Below are positions 1 to 10,786 of a stretch of DNA of 61,928 nucleotides, piece by piece. The notes beneath the pieces are model-generated. The model made no database searches. It had not been told where the DNA came from and saw nothing but the letters and a program-made list of their open reading frames with translations. The position numbers and the translations under genes were made by a program. The DNA is taken from NCBI GenBank assembly GCA_963837175.1, contig CAWIMJ010000041.1:1-61928 (forward strand). The letters run 5' to 3'. How positions within the stretch are numbered: the first letter of the stretch is position 1; every line of letters starts with the position of its first letter. The stretch is from an uncultured Nitrososphaeraceae archaeon. Its GTDB lineage: Archaea; Thermoproteota; Nitrososphaeria; Nitrososphaerales; Nitrososphaeraceae.

Positions 1-139
1 GTAAGTCATTTTATTATACTTGAATGGATAGCTTCAAAAGGAAGATGAAGCAAAACAAAGCATCAAAGAAGTGTTATAAACAAAGAGCATGGAAATGGTC
101 CGATAAACTGAATAGGCGTATATGTAATCTATTTTTCTA

Positions 140-1477
140 ATGCCAAGAGTAGCGTTGTCAATTGCAGGAAGCGACTCAGGCGCAGGAGCAGGTATTCAAG
201 CCGATCTTAAGACGTTTTCTGCTCTTGGTGTATATGGCTGTACTGCTGTTACTGCTATAACTGCTCAGAATACTCAGAAGGTTTCCAGTATATTCGAGCT
301 GCCCGAATACATTATCAGAAAACAGATTCAATCAATCATGTCAGATATTCCTCCAGATGCAATAAAAATAGGGATGGTTCATACAAAAGAAATCATTCAG
401 TCTATTCATACTTCATTAAAGCGTACAAAAGTTCCTATCGTATTGGATCCAGTTTTTGCAGCGGGAACAGGTTCGAAATTAATCTTAGATGATGCTTTTG
501 AGTCATTTGTTTCTAAATTGGTTCCAATTGCAACTCTCATCACACCAAACCTAATGGAAGCAGGGAGATTATCTGGCATCCTAATCAAATCAGAAGTAGA
601 TGCAATCGATGCGGCAAGAAAAATAAAAGAACTTGGCGTAAAGAACGTTATAATCAAAGGAGGACATTCAAGTATAAGCAAGGTCACAGATATTTTATTC
701 GATAATAGTGGGAGTATATACAAGCTATTCAATACGAGGATAGCTATTAAAGAATCTCATGGATCTGGATGTAATTTTTCAGCTTGTATCACTGCACTGT
801 TAGCGAAGGATTTCACTTTGATTGATGCATGTAAGATTGCTAATCACTATGTGCATACATCTATTGAAAATGCTATAAAATTGGGAGAAGGCATTGTAGT
901 AACAAACCCCATTTCAAATTTATATGAAGACGCAGGCAGGTTTAAAATAATAACGGAGCTGCAACGTGCAACTCTTGAGATCGAGACAATGAACAGAATC
1001 GCAGAATTGCTACCTGAAACACAATCAAATATGGCGTTTGCTCTACCAGATGCTATTGATATTTCTGATATTGCTGGGGTAAAAGGCAGAATAGTTAGAG
1101 TTGATAAGGTTGCTAAAGCAGTTTCAAACGTAGAATTCGGCGCGTCAAAACATGTGGCTTCCGCAGTGTTGGCCTATATGACAATAAACCGCTCCATGAG
1201 ATGCGCTATGAATATAAAATATGACAAAAAATTAATAAGAATTGTTAAGCGATTATTTGAAATTTGTGAATATCAAAGAATTAGTGAACCCATATATTTG
1301 AAGAAAAAAGAAGGTAAAACAATATTTTGGGGAATAAAGGCCGCGCTGCTGATCAATCCTATTGCAGATATTGTTTATCATAAAGGAGACTTTGGTAAGG
1401 AGCCCATGATCATGGTATTTGGAAAAGAGCCCAAAGAAGTTTTAGATAAAATAAAAAAAATATTGAAGCATTACTAA
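140..1477 (+). CDS. thiDN: Bifunctional HMP/HMP-P kinase - thiamine-phosphate synthase (ThiDN)
   Basis: N-terminal IAGSDSGAGAGIQADLKT and HGSGC kinase motifs; C-terminal ThiN domain (PETQSN, FGASKHVA, GDFGKEPM). Confidence 0.95.
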   Translation: MPRVALSIAGSDSGAGAGIQADLKTFSALGVYGCTAVTAITAQNTQKVSSIFELPEYIIRKQIQSIMSDIPPDAIKIGMVHTKEIIQSIHTSLKRTKVPIVLDPVFAAGTGSKLILDDAFESFVSKLVPIATLITPNLMEAGRLSGILIKSEVDAIDAARKIKELGVKNVIIKGGHSSISKVTDILFDNSGSIYKLFNTRIAIKESHGSGCNFSACITALLAKDFTLIDACKIANHYVHTSIENAIKLGEGIVVTNPISNLYEDAGRFKIITELQRATLEIETMNRIAELLPETQSNMAFALPDAIDISDIAGVKGRIVRVDKVAKAVSNVEFGASKHVASAVLAYMTINRSMRCAMNIKYDKKLIRIVKRLFEICEYQRISEPIYLKKKEGKTIFWGIKAALLINPIADIVYHKGDFGKEPMIMVFGKEPKEVLDKIKKILKHY

Positions 1478-1529
1478 GTTGTAATGAATCTAACTTATAT
1501 AGTAGCCAATAAAAAATGACGATTGATAT

Positions 1530-2240
1530 ATGAAAGCGGTTATTCTTGCTGGTGGACTGGGAACCAGATTGCAACCGTATACCTTTTTCATTCCTAAACC
1601 TATGTTGCCTATAGGAAATAAGCCACTCCTTGAACACATCCTTGAATGGCTAAAACGGAATAACGGTATAGATCAAATAGTTATTTGCGTAAGTTACCTC
1701 CACAGAATAATAGAGGACTATTTTGAGGATGGAGGTAGATTCGGAATGAAAATAGAATATGCTAGATCAGAAAGGCCCTTGGCTACAGCAGGACAGTTGA
1801 AAAGCGCAGAAAAGATGTTACATGAGACTTTTGTATGTTTGTATGGAGATTCAATCTATGAATTTAATCTTGAAGCCATGATAAATGAACATAAAGAATC
1901 TAAAGCATTGGTTTCTATGGCTTTGTTGCCGTATAAAACAAACCTAAAGTACGGTTTTATAGAGGTTCACGGAAAAGAGGATAGAATTACAAGTTGGAGA
2001 GAAAAACCGGAGGTTAGAGGTTTAATCAATATTGGATGCTACGTTATTGAGCCAGCTTTCCTCAACATTATTCCTCCATTGAGTGCATTCGGAATGGACG
2101 ATGCAGTAAAGAAAGCACTTGAACAAAGGAGCATCATAAAAGGGTTCAGAATAGGTTCATCGGGATTTGTTGATATAGGCGATAAGAAGTCTTATCTCGA
2201 GGTATACAAAAGATATGTAAGAAAATTGGGTAAGATTTAG
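1530..2240 (+). CDS. NDP-sugar pyrophosphorylase family nucleotidyltransferase
   Basis: KAVILAGGLGTRLQP...PKPMLP signature; YGD, EKP and DIG motifs. Confidence 0.9.
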   Translation: MKAVILAGGLGTRLQPYTFFIPKPMLPIGNKPLLEHILEWLKRNNGIDQIVICVSYLHRIIEDYFEDGGRFGMKIEYARSERPLATAGQLKSAEKMLHETFVCLYGDSIYEFNLEAMINEHKESKALVSMALLPYKTNLKYGFIEVHGKEDRITSWREKPEVRGLINIGCYVIEPAFLNIIPPLSAFGMDDAVKKALEQRSIIKGFRIGSSGFVDIGDKKSYLEVYKRYVRKLGKI

Positions 2241-2422
2241 CGCATCTTTGCCTCTCCTCTCTCGCTAGCTGTTAAGATGATCTATTGGTTGGATTTTTCT
2301 GATACGAAATATCCGTCTTTTGAGCCATTTATTAACATCATTTTTAGAAAAAGTATAGCTACTAATATCTAATGTTATTTCTCCAATTTATTAATAAGAG
2401 AATCATGAGTTTAGACACAATT

Positions 2423-3889
2423 TTATAGATAATCTACTCCATTCTTCTCTTTCCAAAGATTAATCCTTTGGTGGAGCCATGGATAAAAGCTTGCATTGCC
2501 ATTTTCAAACTCTTTCTTAATAATGCTCACGATATTCCTTGAAACGTTACCAGGTTTTCCATAAATGGGTTTTTTATTTTTTAAATTCAACCCCAAACCC
2601 TCTCTTTTATTAAACGCTTCTCTAACAATAGATGTTATCCAAGCTGGATTTACAGGTGGAATCAGAATATTACTCTTTGCTTCAAATATCGTTTCTGGTC
2701 TATCAGTATTTAACCTAACGGTCAAGGATAAGACTTCTGGAAAATATAGCAACTCTTCCTGCATAGAGCCAGAGTCAGTCATCTCCGCCCAACAGTGTCC
2801 GCTGTCGAGAAATTCAATGACATGTCCGTATTCCCTCCACAATGGAGTAATAACAAACTTATCAGGGAAATCTATAGAAAGATTATTTAACTTGTCTTCT
2901 AAATTATACGCCTTCAACGCAGAGGCAGTAGCATTAAGCATTACGAGAACCACTCTATGTTCTGTCCTTTCTACGAGGTTGATAAGTCCATTAATGATAG
3001 AATTAAATCTATGACGCGTGAGATTCTCGCGCCTATGAATATCCATTCTTATCCATTTGCCATTCTCTAATTTCGGATAAATGTCGAATATGCTTTCTGC
3101 AGGTTTTTGTTTGCGTTTTATATCTATTGCATCTACTACTGAATTACCTACTACATATATTAATTCTTCAGGATACCCTTCCCTAACAAGATTATCCTTA
3201 TTGAGTTGTGTTGGTGCAAAGAAATATTTTGTTCCTGCGGAACAAATCCACGTATCGATTTGTTCTGGAAATGGTTCTTCCCTTGCTAAAAACCATTCAC
3301 CTTCAAATTGATCAGCAATGAACTGTTGGACAACACTTTTGGTCGGATCTTGATATATTTTTAAATGCTTCATTACCTCTGGACTCATTGATCTCAAACC
3401 CGCCTCATTCTGTCCTACCTTTTGTCCCATCCCAAAAACCCAAGCCAAAGGAGCGATGCCTGCAACTAGAGTATCTCCATGAACCACTGGAAGCAATTGT
3501 GAATCAACGCCGAATTGTTTTACACAATATCTTCCAAATGATCCGAATTTAAGAATAAGTTCGCTTGCTTTCTCCATCAGATCGCCGCGAATTTGCAAAT
3601 TGCAGCCAACCGTTTCTTCTAGATTGAATTCTTTTATACCAAAACCTAATACTTCATCAAAGTGCTGACCTGTATCTATGACGAAAACAGGCACTTTCTC
3701 TTTCATTGCCTCTACGACAATTGGTGCTTGCTTATAGAAATCAGGCTTGGTTCCAATGACGATGGACAGGATATGACTATTCTGTGATTTAGCCGAGCTA
3801 AAAATATCATTTAGCAATTCCTTTGATATCTTGATTGGGAGTAAATTTCTTGACAAATTGATATCCAACTGGTTTTGTTTTTTATTCAA
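2423..3889 (-). CDS. wecB: UDP-N-acetylglucosamine 2-epimerase family protein
   Basis: GTKPD (GTRPE-like), TGQH, VHGDT, EAGLRS, FPEQ, HRREN, TDSGSMQEE and TDRPET motifs. Confidence 0.88.
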   Translation of the reverse strand: MNKKQNQLDINLSRNLLPIKISKELLNDIFSSAKSQNSHILSIVIGTKPDFYKQAPIVVEAMKEKVPVFVIDTGQHFDEVLGFGIKEFNLEETVGCNLQIRGDLMEKASELILKFGSFGRYCVKQFGVDSQLLPVVHGDTLVAGIAPLAWVFGMGQKVGQNEAGLRSMSPEVMKHLKIYQDPTKSVVQQFIADQFEGEWFLAREEPFPEQIDTWICSAGTKYFFAPTQLNKDNLVREGYPEELIYVVGNSVVDAIDIKRKQKPAESIFDIYPKLENGKWIRMDIHRRENLTRHRFNSIINGLINLVERTEHRVVLVMLNATASALKAYNLEDKLNNLSIDFPDKFVITPLWREYGHVIEFLDSGHCWAEMTDSGSMQEELLYFPEVLSLTVRLNTDRPETIFEAKSNILIPPVNPAWITSIVREAFNKREGLGLNLKNKKPIYGKPGNVSRNIVSIIKKEFENGNASFYPWLHQRINLWKEKNGVDYL

Positions 3890-4335
3890 TGAATTTCATC
3901 TTTTAACCTTTTAGAGTTCTTTGATTTTCTAAGTAAATAGCTTCCGAGTATTGCAATAGCTATCCCGGCGATTATGAAAATATAAAGGATTAGATCAAAG
4001 CCGCCTACGCTAAATTGTTCTTCGATTTTAGGAATAAACATCCAAGCAGCGATGATCATACCTACAATCAAAATTATTCCTGTTATTATCAAAATGATTG
4101 CGGCATAAACTGTGCCATAAGATTTCCTAAGTCCAAAAACAGTACCTGCAAGAATTATACTGGGGGCTCCGGCTATTGAAATCAATTGAATGACTACTCC
4201 AGTTGGGTCGACATAAACATTAGGGCCATTACCTTTTGGTCCTATTAGAAAGTTCAAAAATGATAGCATGAGTGCTATAAACATAATACCCATTCCCAAT
4301 GATCCAAATGCGACCCAGGTTTCTAACTTTGGCAT
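3886..4335 (-). CDS. Hypothetical membrane protein (about 4 TM helices)
   Basis: Four hydrophobic segments; stop overlaps the epimerase start (ATGA coupling). Confidence 0.8.
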   Translation of the reverse strand: MPKLETWVAFGSLGMGIMFIALMLSFLNFLIGPKGNGPNVYVDPTGVVIQLISIAGAPSIILAGTVFGLRKSYGTVYAAIILIITGIILIVGMIIAAWMFIPKIEEQFSVGGFDLILYIFIIAGIAIAILGSYLLRKSKNSKRLKDEIH

Positions 4336-4368
4336 TTACTTTCTTTTTGTTAATTTATTATGACGTTT

Positions 4369-5430
4369 CTAAATAATTCCAACAAGTCCAGCCAACTCCT
4401 TTCTACATGAAGAACCTAAAACTTCTGCTGATTTTTCCGGTAATATATTATTAATATAAACTCCAAAACCTCTCTCTAATCCTGACCACATGTTAAGCTG
4501 TGGATAAATTTCTATATGCCAATGAATCTGGCGACTATTTTTCTTTTCAGGAGCTAAATGAAAAACTAGATTAAATGGAGCATCTTTTAGTGCTTTCGAC
4601 ATTCCTCCTAAAGTGGCGCGAAGCATTAACGCTAGATCATTTATTTCTTTTTGAGTTATTTTAGAGAATGTAGTAGTGTGTCGCTTTGGATATATCCAGA
4701 ATTCGTACGGATAAGTAGGTGCCCATGGAGAAAATGAAAGGAAGTTCTCAGTATCTAAAATCTGCCTCGGACCACTAGATTCTGTAGATATTATATTGCA
4801 TCCTGGACAAATTCCATTTTCATTCATATATTTATGAGAAGCTTCAGCTTCTAACTCGATTGTCGGAGGTATAGCAGAGAAAGTTACTACATTTAGATGA
4901 GGATGATCGTAAGAAGTTCCTGCCATATATCCGCTATTGACAAATATACAAACATAAGTTACGCTTTTTTGGCTGTATAACCATCTAACTCTGTCTTGAA
5001 TAACTAATAAGACATTTGCCCATTGATCCACAGATATTTGAGATAGTTTTTGATCATGATCAGGTGAAGCAACAACTACTTGATGATATCCGTAAGCAGG
5101 TTCACTGTAAAGAGGCTTGTCAGTATAGATCGTAGCGGAAGTCCTTGTTACAGCTGGAGTGCTACTTTGAAAGACCCTGACACACCAATCTCCAACAATA
5201 TTTTCTTCACTGTCTGACAAACGTTGAAGCATTCCATCCTTTGCAACTAAAGAAATCAAAGCGGGCTCAGTCATACACTCATTTCCTGGACAATACGGGC
5301 ACCTTCCTTCCAAAGATTTTTCATCTACTCTTGTTTCATCTGCGAGTTTGGGTACGATGACAAATTTGTCAAGAACATAATCCTTTCGTAAATCACCCAA
5401 ATTATTCTCCTTGCCTAAAACATCGTGCAA
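4369..5430 (-). CDS. galT: Galactose-1-phosphate uridylyltransferase (GalT/HIT superfamily)-like protein
   Basis: CPYCPGNE, AYGYHQVVV, GTSYDHPH, HWHIEIYP and GLERGFG motifs. Confidence 0.8.
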   Translation of the reverse strand: MHDVLGKENNLGDLRKDYVLDKFVIVPKLADETRVDEKSLEGRCPYCPGNECMTEPALISLVAKDGMLQRLSDSEENIVGDWCVRVFQSSTPAVTRTSATIYTDKPLYSEPAYGYHQVVVASPDHDQKLSQISVDQWANVLLVIQDRVRWLYSQKSVTYVCIFVNSGYMAGTSYDHPHLNVVTFSAIPPTIELEAEASHKYMNENGICPGCNIISTESSGPRQILDTENFLSFSPWAPTYPYEFWIYPKRHTTTFSKITQKEINDLALMLRATLGGMSKALKDAPFNLVFHLAPEKKNSRQIHWHIEIYPQLNMWSGLERGFGVYINNILPEKSAEVLGSSCRKELAGLVGII

Positions 5431-5559
5431 TTTCCTTTAATTAAAGCTTCTGTATTTCTTGGCGTTTTCGTGATAAATTAACCTCCTCCGATTGATTAAG
5501 GAATGGAATCCAAGTAACAATTGTTTCATCAGGGAGGGTTTTTATTTTGCTTCATTTTT

Positions 5560-6603
5560 TTAATTAAATTCTTCTTCTAAGAGTTTTCTTTTTTTCGTAA
5601 GTTCAAATAAATTATCTGTCTTTTTGAGTGCTTCGTCGCGGCTCCGTCCATAAATCATTGATTGAATTAACATGTAGTTCTCTGGTATCACCATTCCAGT
5701 TTGATCATCCGAATAAGAAATCTTCAGAATATTGTCTTGAACTTTGAGTACTTCTGTATGAATATGAATCATATTTGTATCACCATGTTGAAAACCTAGC
5801 TGGAAAGCTTTTTTTCTAATGTCTGCTGTCCCCTTTGCTGAATTCAATATAGCTATGCCAAATTCCTTCCTAAATGTCTCAATTACCACATCCTTAGAAG
5901 GAGCCTTATCTTTAAAGTGTATTAACATATGATGTAGATGCATCATCCTAGAGGGAACTTTAAAAGCGTCTACATAGAGATTGACAGAAGGAATAAAATC
6001 CTTTACGTCATCTTGATGATGAGGATCCTTATCCCACTCAATAGAATCTCTTACCTCTTTTGAGTCTTCAAGGTCAGCCCACCTTCTGATAAGAGAAACA
6101 TCAAACCTTCTGATGTCTTCGCCAAAATTCTCTATTAAAGGTTGCATAATTCTTCCCATACCAGAAACATTGCAGCTTCCTTGAATCACATATCTTCTAC
6201 CTAGCGCCTTGTCGTAATTTACTCTCGAATTATGAATCATTTCAGCTACCGATCGGTCACCGTGCCTATCTTCACCACCCTGAAAAATAGCCATTTTTTT
6301 CATAGGCTCATATAGATTTCTCTTATTATCGAATCCAGCACCCTCTTTAGCAGCATCAATTACTAAATCACTTCCGTCGATCGCTTCCGTCAGCGTTCCG
6401 GTAATATCGAATTTTTTCTCTGTGAACTCATTTATTATATCTTCAGGAACATAAACATCAAACCGGTTTTCTAAAGCTTCGTTAATTCTCTCATCTGGTG
6501 TGTACTTTGCTATCCCGACAAATTTAATTTCTTTGTCATGAGAAAGCACTGACGCAAGCCGACGGCCAATATTGCCATATCCATTTATAAATATCTTAGC
6601 CAA
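5560..6603 (-). CDS. gap: Archaeal (type II) glyceraldehyde-3-phosphate dehydrogenase
   Basis: INGYGNIGRR, FQGGE, catalytic SCN, RRWAD, HHQDDV and VIPEN motifs. Confidence 0.92.
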   Translation of the reverse strand: MAKIFINGYGNIGRRLASVLSHDKEIKFVGIAKYTPDERINEALENRFDVYVPEDIINEFTEKKFDITGTLTEAIDGSDLVIDAAKEGAGFDNKRNLYEPMKKMAIFQGGEDRHGDRSVAEMIHNSRVNYDKALGRRYVIQGSCNVSGMGRIMQPLIENFGEDIRRFDVSLIRRWADLEDSKEVRDSIEWDKDPHHQDDVKDFIPSVNLYVDAFKVPSRMMHLHHMLIHFKDKAPSKDVVIETFRKEFGIAILNSAKGTADIRKKAFQLGFQHGDTNMIHIHTEVLKVQDNILKISYSDDQTGMVIPENYMLIQSMIYGRSRDEALKKTDNLFELTKKRKLLEEEFN

Positions 6604-6907
6604 TGTATATCCCTAAAGGTAATTGAATTTAAAATATTTTCAACCTAATTTTAATATTTATAATCATCATACATTATAACAATGAGTATATGTTCTGTTT
6701 TATTCTCTACATATGACATATGAGTCAAGGGATATAACTCCTCAAAAGGTATTAATTATGAAAGAATATCTATTTGAACAAACTTATTTTACATATATTT
6801 ATATACTTATAAACTTTATAAATATGATATATTTTTGAGTCATACCATTTGGAAAGTATAAATTCCCTTCGAATGCTTATTTAAATAAAGTATAGCGATG
6901 ATAGAAT

Positions 6908-7495
6908 TTGAGAATTCTCATTATAGATAATTACGACTCCTTTGTTTATAATCTGGGCCAAATTTTGGGTGAGCTGAGCGTTGAACCTCACGTAATTCGG
7001 AATGATAAGATTACACTTAAATCTATCCAACGAATGGATCCGGATGCTATAGTCATATCACCAGGACCAGGACATCCTGCTGATCGAAAATATTTTGGTG
7101 TGTGTTCTGGAGTGATAACTCATTTTGGCTCAAAGATCCCCATTCTTGGCGTATGCCTTGGTCATCAAGGAATAGTGGATGCGTTTGGCGGAAGAGTGAT
7201 AAATGCCAAGATAGTTAGGCACGGAAAGACAAGTTACATCAGATATAATCCCGACCGCTTATTTGAAAACATAGCTAATCCCTTTAAGGCAACTCGTTAC
7301 CATTCATTAGTGGCTGACTCAACAACTATCCCTAACTGTCTTGAGGTGACTGCATGGGCACTGGACGACGGTGAAATTATGGGAGTCAGACATAGGCAAT
7401 ATCTGATTGAAGGAGTGCAGTTTCATCCTGAATCGGTGTTGACAAAAGAAGGCAAAAATATACTTCTTAATTTTATTTCTATCGCTAGGAAATGA
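6908..7495 (+). CDS. trpG: Anthranilate synthase component II (glutamine amidotransferase)
   Basis: IDNYDSF, SPGPGHP, GVCLGHQ, RYHSL and QFHPES motifs; overlaps trpD. Confidence 0.93.
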   Translation: MRILIIDNYDSFVYNLGQILGELSVEPHVIRNDKITLKSIQRMDPDAIVISPGPGHPADRKYFGVCSGVITHFGSKIPILGVCLGHQGIVDAFGGRVINAKIVRHGKTSYIRYNPDRLFENIANPFKATRYHSLVADSTTIPNCLEVTAWALDDGEIMGVRHRQYLIEGVQFHPESVLTKEGKNILLNFISIARK

Positions 7496-8568
7496 GTAGC
7501 GATAATTTTGACATTCGCCCTGTACTCAGAAAACTTGTTTCAAGGTCAACCTTGTCTGAAGAAGAGGTTTATCAAACTGTTAATTCAATTCTTGAAGGTA
7601 AACTTTCTGAAGCAGCTATTGCAGCATTCTTAGTAGCTCTGTCCATGAAAGGTGAAAAACCTGAAGAGATTAGAGCTGTTCTTCAAATAATAAGGCGACA
7701 CGCAATAAGAATTTCACCCAAGATAAATGGTCCTCTAATTGATACCTGTGGCACCGGAGGCAATACAATCAAATCATTTAACATAAGCACGGCCGCGGCG
7801 ATAGTCGCTAGCGCAGCAGGTATGCCTGTAGCTAAACATGGAAACCGTTCAGTCTCAGGATTCTGTGGAAGTGCAGATTTTCTTGAATACATTGGCTTTG
7901 ACTTGCAGTCGCCTCCGGAGAAAGTATGCAGTGCTATAGAAAATTTTGGCATTGGTTTTTTATATGCTCCTAATTTTCATCCAGCTTTGCGAAGAGTTGC
8001 TCCTGCTAGGAACATGATAGGTATAAGGACAGTATTCAATATTGCCGGCCCGTTAAGTAATCCTTGTACTAATTTAACAGGACAAATTATAGGAGTGTTT
8101 GGTACCGATTTACTAGAGCCTATAGCACGTGCTACACAGAATAGTGGTTTGAATGACGTAATGGTTGTTCATGCTCTTGATGGTCTTGATGAACTTTCTA
8201 ATACTTGCGAAAATGAGATTTTGTGGATTAATGATAATCAAATAAAGCGAATCAAACTTCATCCAAAGATGCTCAATATGCAAATAGCGAAACAACATCA
8301 GATAATTGTTAATTCTAAAGAAGAATCGCTTCGAGATACTCTTCAAGTATTATTTGGAGTGGCTAGTCAAGAGAAAGAAGACATAGTTGTTTTAAATGCT
8401 TCCGCTGCTCTTGTAGTTGGAAGAATTGCCAAGGATTTTCATGAAGGAATTGACATTGCGAGATCGTCAATAAAAGATGGAAAGCCCCAGCAAAAGTTGC
8501 TGGAATTAATTAGATTCTGTGGAAATAAAGAAAGACTAGAATCAGCAATAAAAAAATTTATACCATAG
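7492..8568 (+). CDS. trpD: Anthranilate phosphoribosyltransferase
   Basis: DTCGTGG, NIST, KHGNRSVS, GSAD, RTVFN and DGLDE motifs. Confidence 0.96.
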   Translation: MSSDNFDIRPVLRKLVSRSTLSEEEVYQTVNSILEGKLSEAAIAAFLVALSMKGEKPEEIRAVLQIIRRHAIRISPKINGPLIDTCGTGGNTIKSFNISTAAAIVASAAGMPVAKHGNRSVSGFCGSADFLEYIGFDLQSPPEKVCSAIENFGIGFLYAPNFHPALRRVAPARNMIGIRTVFNIAGPLSNPCTNLTGQIIGVFGTDLLEPIARATQNSGLNDVMVVHALDGLDELSNTCENEILWINDNQIKRIKLHPKMLNMQIAKQHQIIVNSKEESLRDTLQVLFGVASQEKEDIVVLNASAALVVGRIAKDFHEGIDIARSSIKDGKPQQKLLELIRFCGNKERLESAIKKFIP

Positions 8569-8848
8569 CCTTCTTTTTATAAAACGAATATTTTCATCTA
8601 TAGTTTTAATTATTGTATTGTGAATGATATCAATTTTTGACTCATAAAAGAATAAACTCAGGGAGTTGTTGTTCTTTTAAGAAATATACTAATATATAAT
8701 ATAATAATATTATTATATAAACGAAATCATAAAAAACATATTCTACATCCCAAGTGCCTATCATACTAAGATTTAGTAATACCCCTTCAGAAAGATAGAG
8801 TATACTTTTATGTAATAAATAACTCATATATTAACAGAAACGATCAAA

Positions 8849-9692
8849 TTGACCACAACAAATCAAAATCCAGCTACTGAAATTGAAAACTTAGGATGGG
8901 ATGATCTAGTTGCTTTAAAGCGTCGCTTATCCGGCCGGATAAAGGAATTAAGCGAAAAAATAATTGATATTGAGAGAAACAAAATGTGGTCAATAAATGA
9001 CAATATACATGTTAATAAAAATAATCTCGATATTTTCATGCAACGCATAAAACAGATCAGGTCTGAAGTTCAGGCTAAGAATTCTGAGCTATTTTCAGTA
9101 AGTGAAAGGATTTCACAATCAAAGAATTTCCTTAGTATGATGGAATCAAGAGTTAGCTACTGAAGGAGAAGCAAATTTGTTCCATTCGCTTAATAAGCTA
9201 CAAGAAATACTTGACCAAAAGCAGTACAGAACTTCACGAGAAAAGAATGAGATACAATCTTTAGTTAAAGAGACTTCAATGAAAATTGAAGCGTTAAAGG
9301 CTATCCGGACTATTAAAGATCAGATGAGAGAATTGGATGTAGAGTCGGATAATATCAGAATGTCGCTAAAATTACTTGATGAAGAACAACAAACATTACA
9401 ACTCAAAATTTCACAAATTAAAAATATTATGGATGAGCTATTTTATTTAAAACATCAGCTCCCTGCTGAGCGCGAAATTTATATCAAGGAATATAATGAG
9501 GATCTGTTAACATTAGAAAAAATCAATGGACGTCTTGATTATATAGCCAACATGAGAAAAAGGCAAAGAGAGCAGTATGGTAATGTTCTTCCAAAAGACA
9601 CACTCTTTAAACTCAAGGAAGAAGCCAAGAAAAAAATGGAATCTGGTTCTAAGCTAACTCTTGAGGAATTAAAACTTTTATTCGGTGATTAA
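8849..9692 (+). CDS. Archaeal coiled-coil protein, split by a +1 frameshift near 9152
   Basis: ORFs 8849-9163 and 9177-9692 join into ...MESR/LATEGEANLFHSL... if one base is removed; ends in KEEAKKKMESGSKLTLEELKLL, typical of archaeal COG1340-like coiled coils. Confidence 0.7.
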
Positions 9693-9708
9693 GGAAATTT
9701 ATTGTGTC

Positions 9709-10302
9709 TTAGCCTCTAAAATTCAAACAAATCATATATAGCTCACTACTCTCTTTTCTACTAGCATCTGGCTTGCTATAATATACAGTTTCAAAATATG
9801 TGGCTAAATCATCTTTTAATTGTTTAAGCAGTTGTCCTTCAAATACTTTGAAGATTGCGGAGCCGCCTTTCCTTAGCAATTTCGCTACTATAATCATGGC
9901 ACTCCGTGTAAGTGAAATCTGTCTTGCATGGTCGACATCCCAAATTCCAGAGACATTTGGAGCCAGATCAGACAACACAACGTCTGCACGACCGTCTAGA
10001 ATTTTCTTAATCTGTTCAACAAGTGGAGGATCCTCAATGTTGCCTTGCAAAATTGTCGCATATTTTAAGGGAGATACTTCCTTTTGATCCAGACCAATTA
10101 TCTTTCCTCTATAACCAATTTCTTCCTCCAGAACCTGCAACCATCCACCTGGTGCACAACCAAGATCTACTACTTTATTCCATGGCTTAAATAGGTGATA
10201 GGAATCGTTTAATTGCTTTAGTTTATACGCCGATCTACTTCTATATCCTTCATTTTTGGCGAGCTTGCGGTAATAATCTCTTTTAGCCTGAGAAACTTTC
10301 AT
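9709..10302 (-). CDS. rlmE: 23S rRNA Um2552 2'-O-methyltransferase (RlmE/FtsJ)
   Basis: YRSRSAYKL, DLGCAPGGW, SDLAPN, KVFEG and SRKESSELY motifs (K-D-K-E tetrad). Confidence 0.95.
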   Translation of the reverse strand: MKVSQAKRDYYRKLAKNEGYRSRSAYKLKQLNDSYHLFKPWNKVVDLGCAPGGWLQVLEEEIGYRGKIIGLDQKEVSPLKYATILQGNIEDPPLVEQIKKILDGRADVVLSDLAPNVSGIWDVDHARQISLTRSAMIIVAKLLRKGGSAIFKVFEGQLLKQLKDDLATYFETVYYSKPDASRKESSELYMICLNFRG

Positions 10303-10309
10303 TTTTTTA

Positions 10310-10786
10310 TTATTTTTTTGTTGCTCGTCTGGGAAAACGTTTTGCCGACAGTTTTGCTTGTTTCGCTGATAGTTCTGGATGTTGTTTTTTCTGCTGTGAT
10401 GTAGTATGATATTCTCGTTGAGATAAAGACTCCACAGCCGACAATACCCAATCTCGAATCAGATTACAATGGTTAGGACTATAAGAACCATCTTCAGAAC
10501 ACATGTGTTCTACTGGACACATAAGACAGGGTGCCTTATCGATGGATACAATATCAAAAGGCAATTCGATCGGAAGAAGTTTATAAGTCCATCGACCTTT
10601 TTCCAGCATTTTTTCTCGCTTAATAAGCGATTGCTTTTCGAGTCTCGATGCTAACCTAGAACCATCACGACTAGTAATCTCAAGCTCTTTCCAGAGATTT
10701 GACTGGAGGATGCCATCTTTGCCATTATGGGTAATGATTTTAAAACTCTTTCCTGTAAGGTCATCATCAGATACGTGTTTCATCAA
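10310..10786 (-). CDS. Transcription factor E beta subunit / RNA polymerase III C34-like protein (wHTH plus 4Fe-4S domain)
   Basis: N-terminal winged helix (GILQSNLWKEL...RLEKQSLIKRE...GRWTY) and C-terminal PCLMCPVEHMC...SPNHC...W four-Cys motif. Confidence 0.8.
   Translation of the reverse strand: MMKHVSDDDLTGKSFKIITHNGKDGILQSNLWKELEITSRDGSRLASRLEKQSLIKREKMLEKGRWTYKLLPIELPFDIVSIDKAPCLMCPVEHMCSEDGSYSPNHCNLIRDWVLSAVESLSQREYHTTSQQKKQHPELSAKQAKLSAKRFPRRATKK

Noticed and set aside
6908-8568. trpG-trpD separated from the other trp genes, possible attenuator upstream
   Set aside because: Split trp clusters are common; no Trp-rich leader peptide found in 6604-6907
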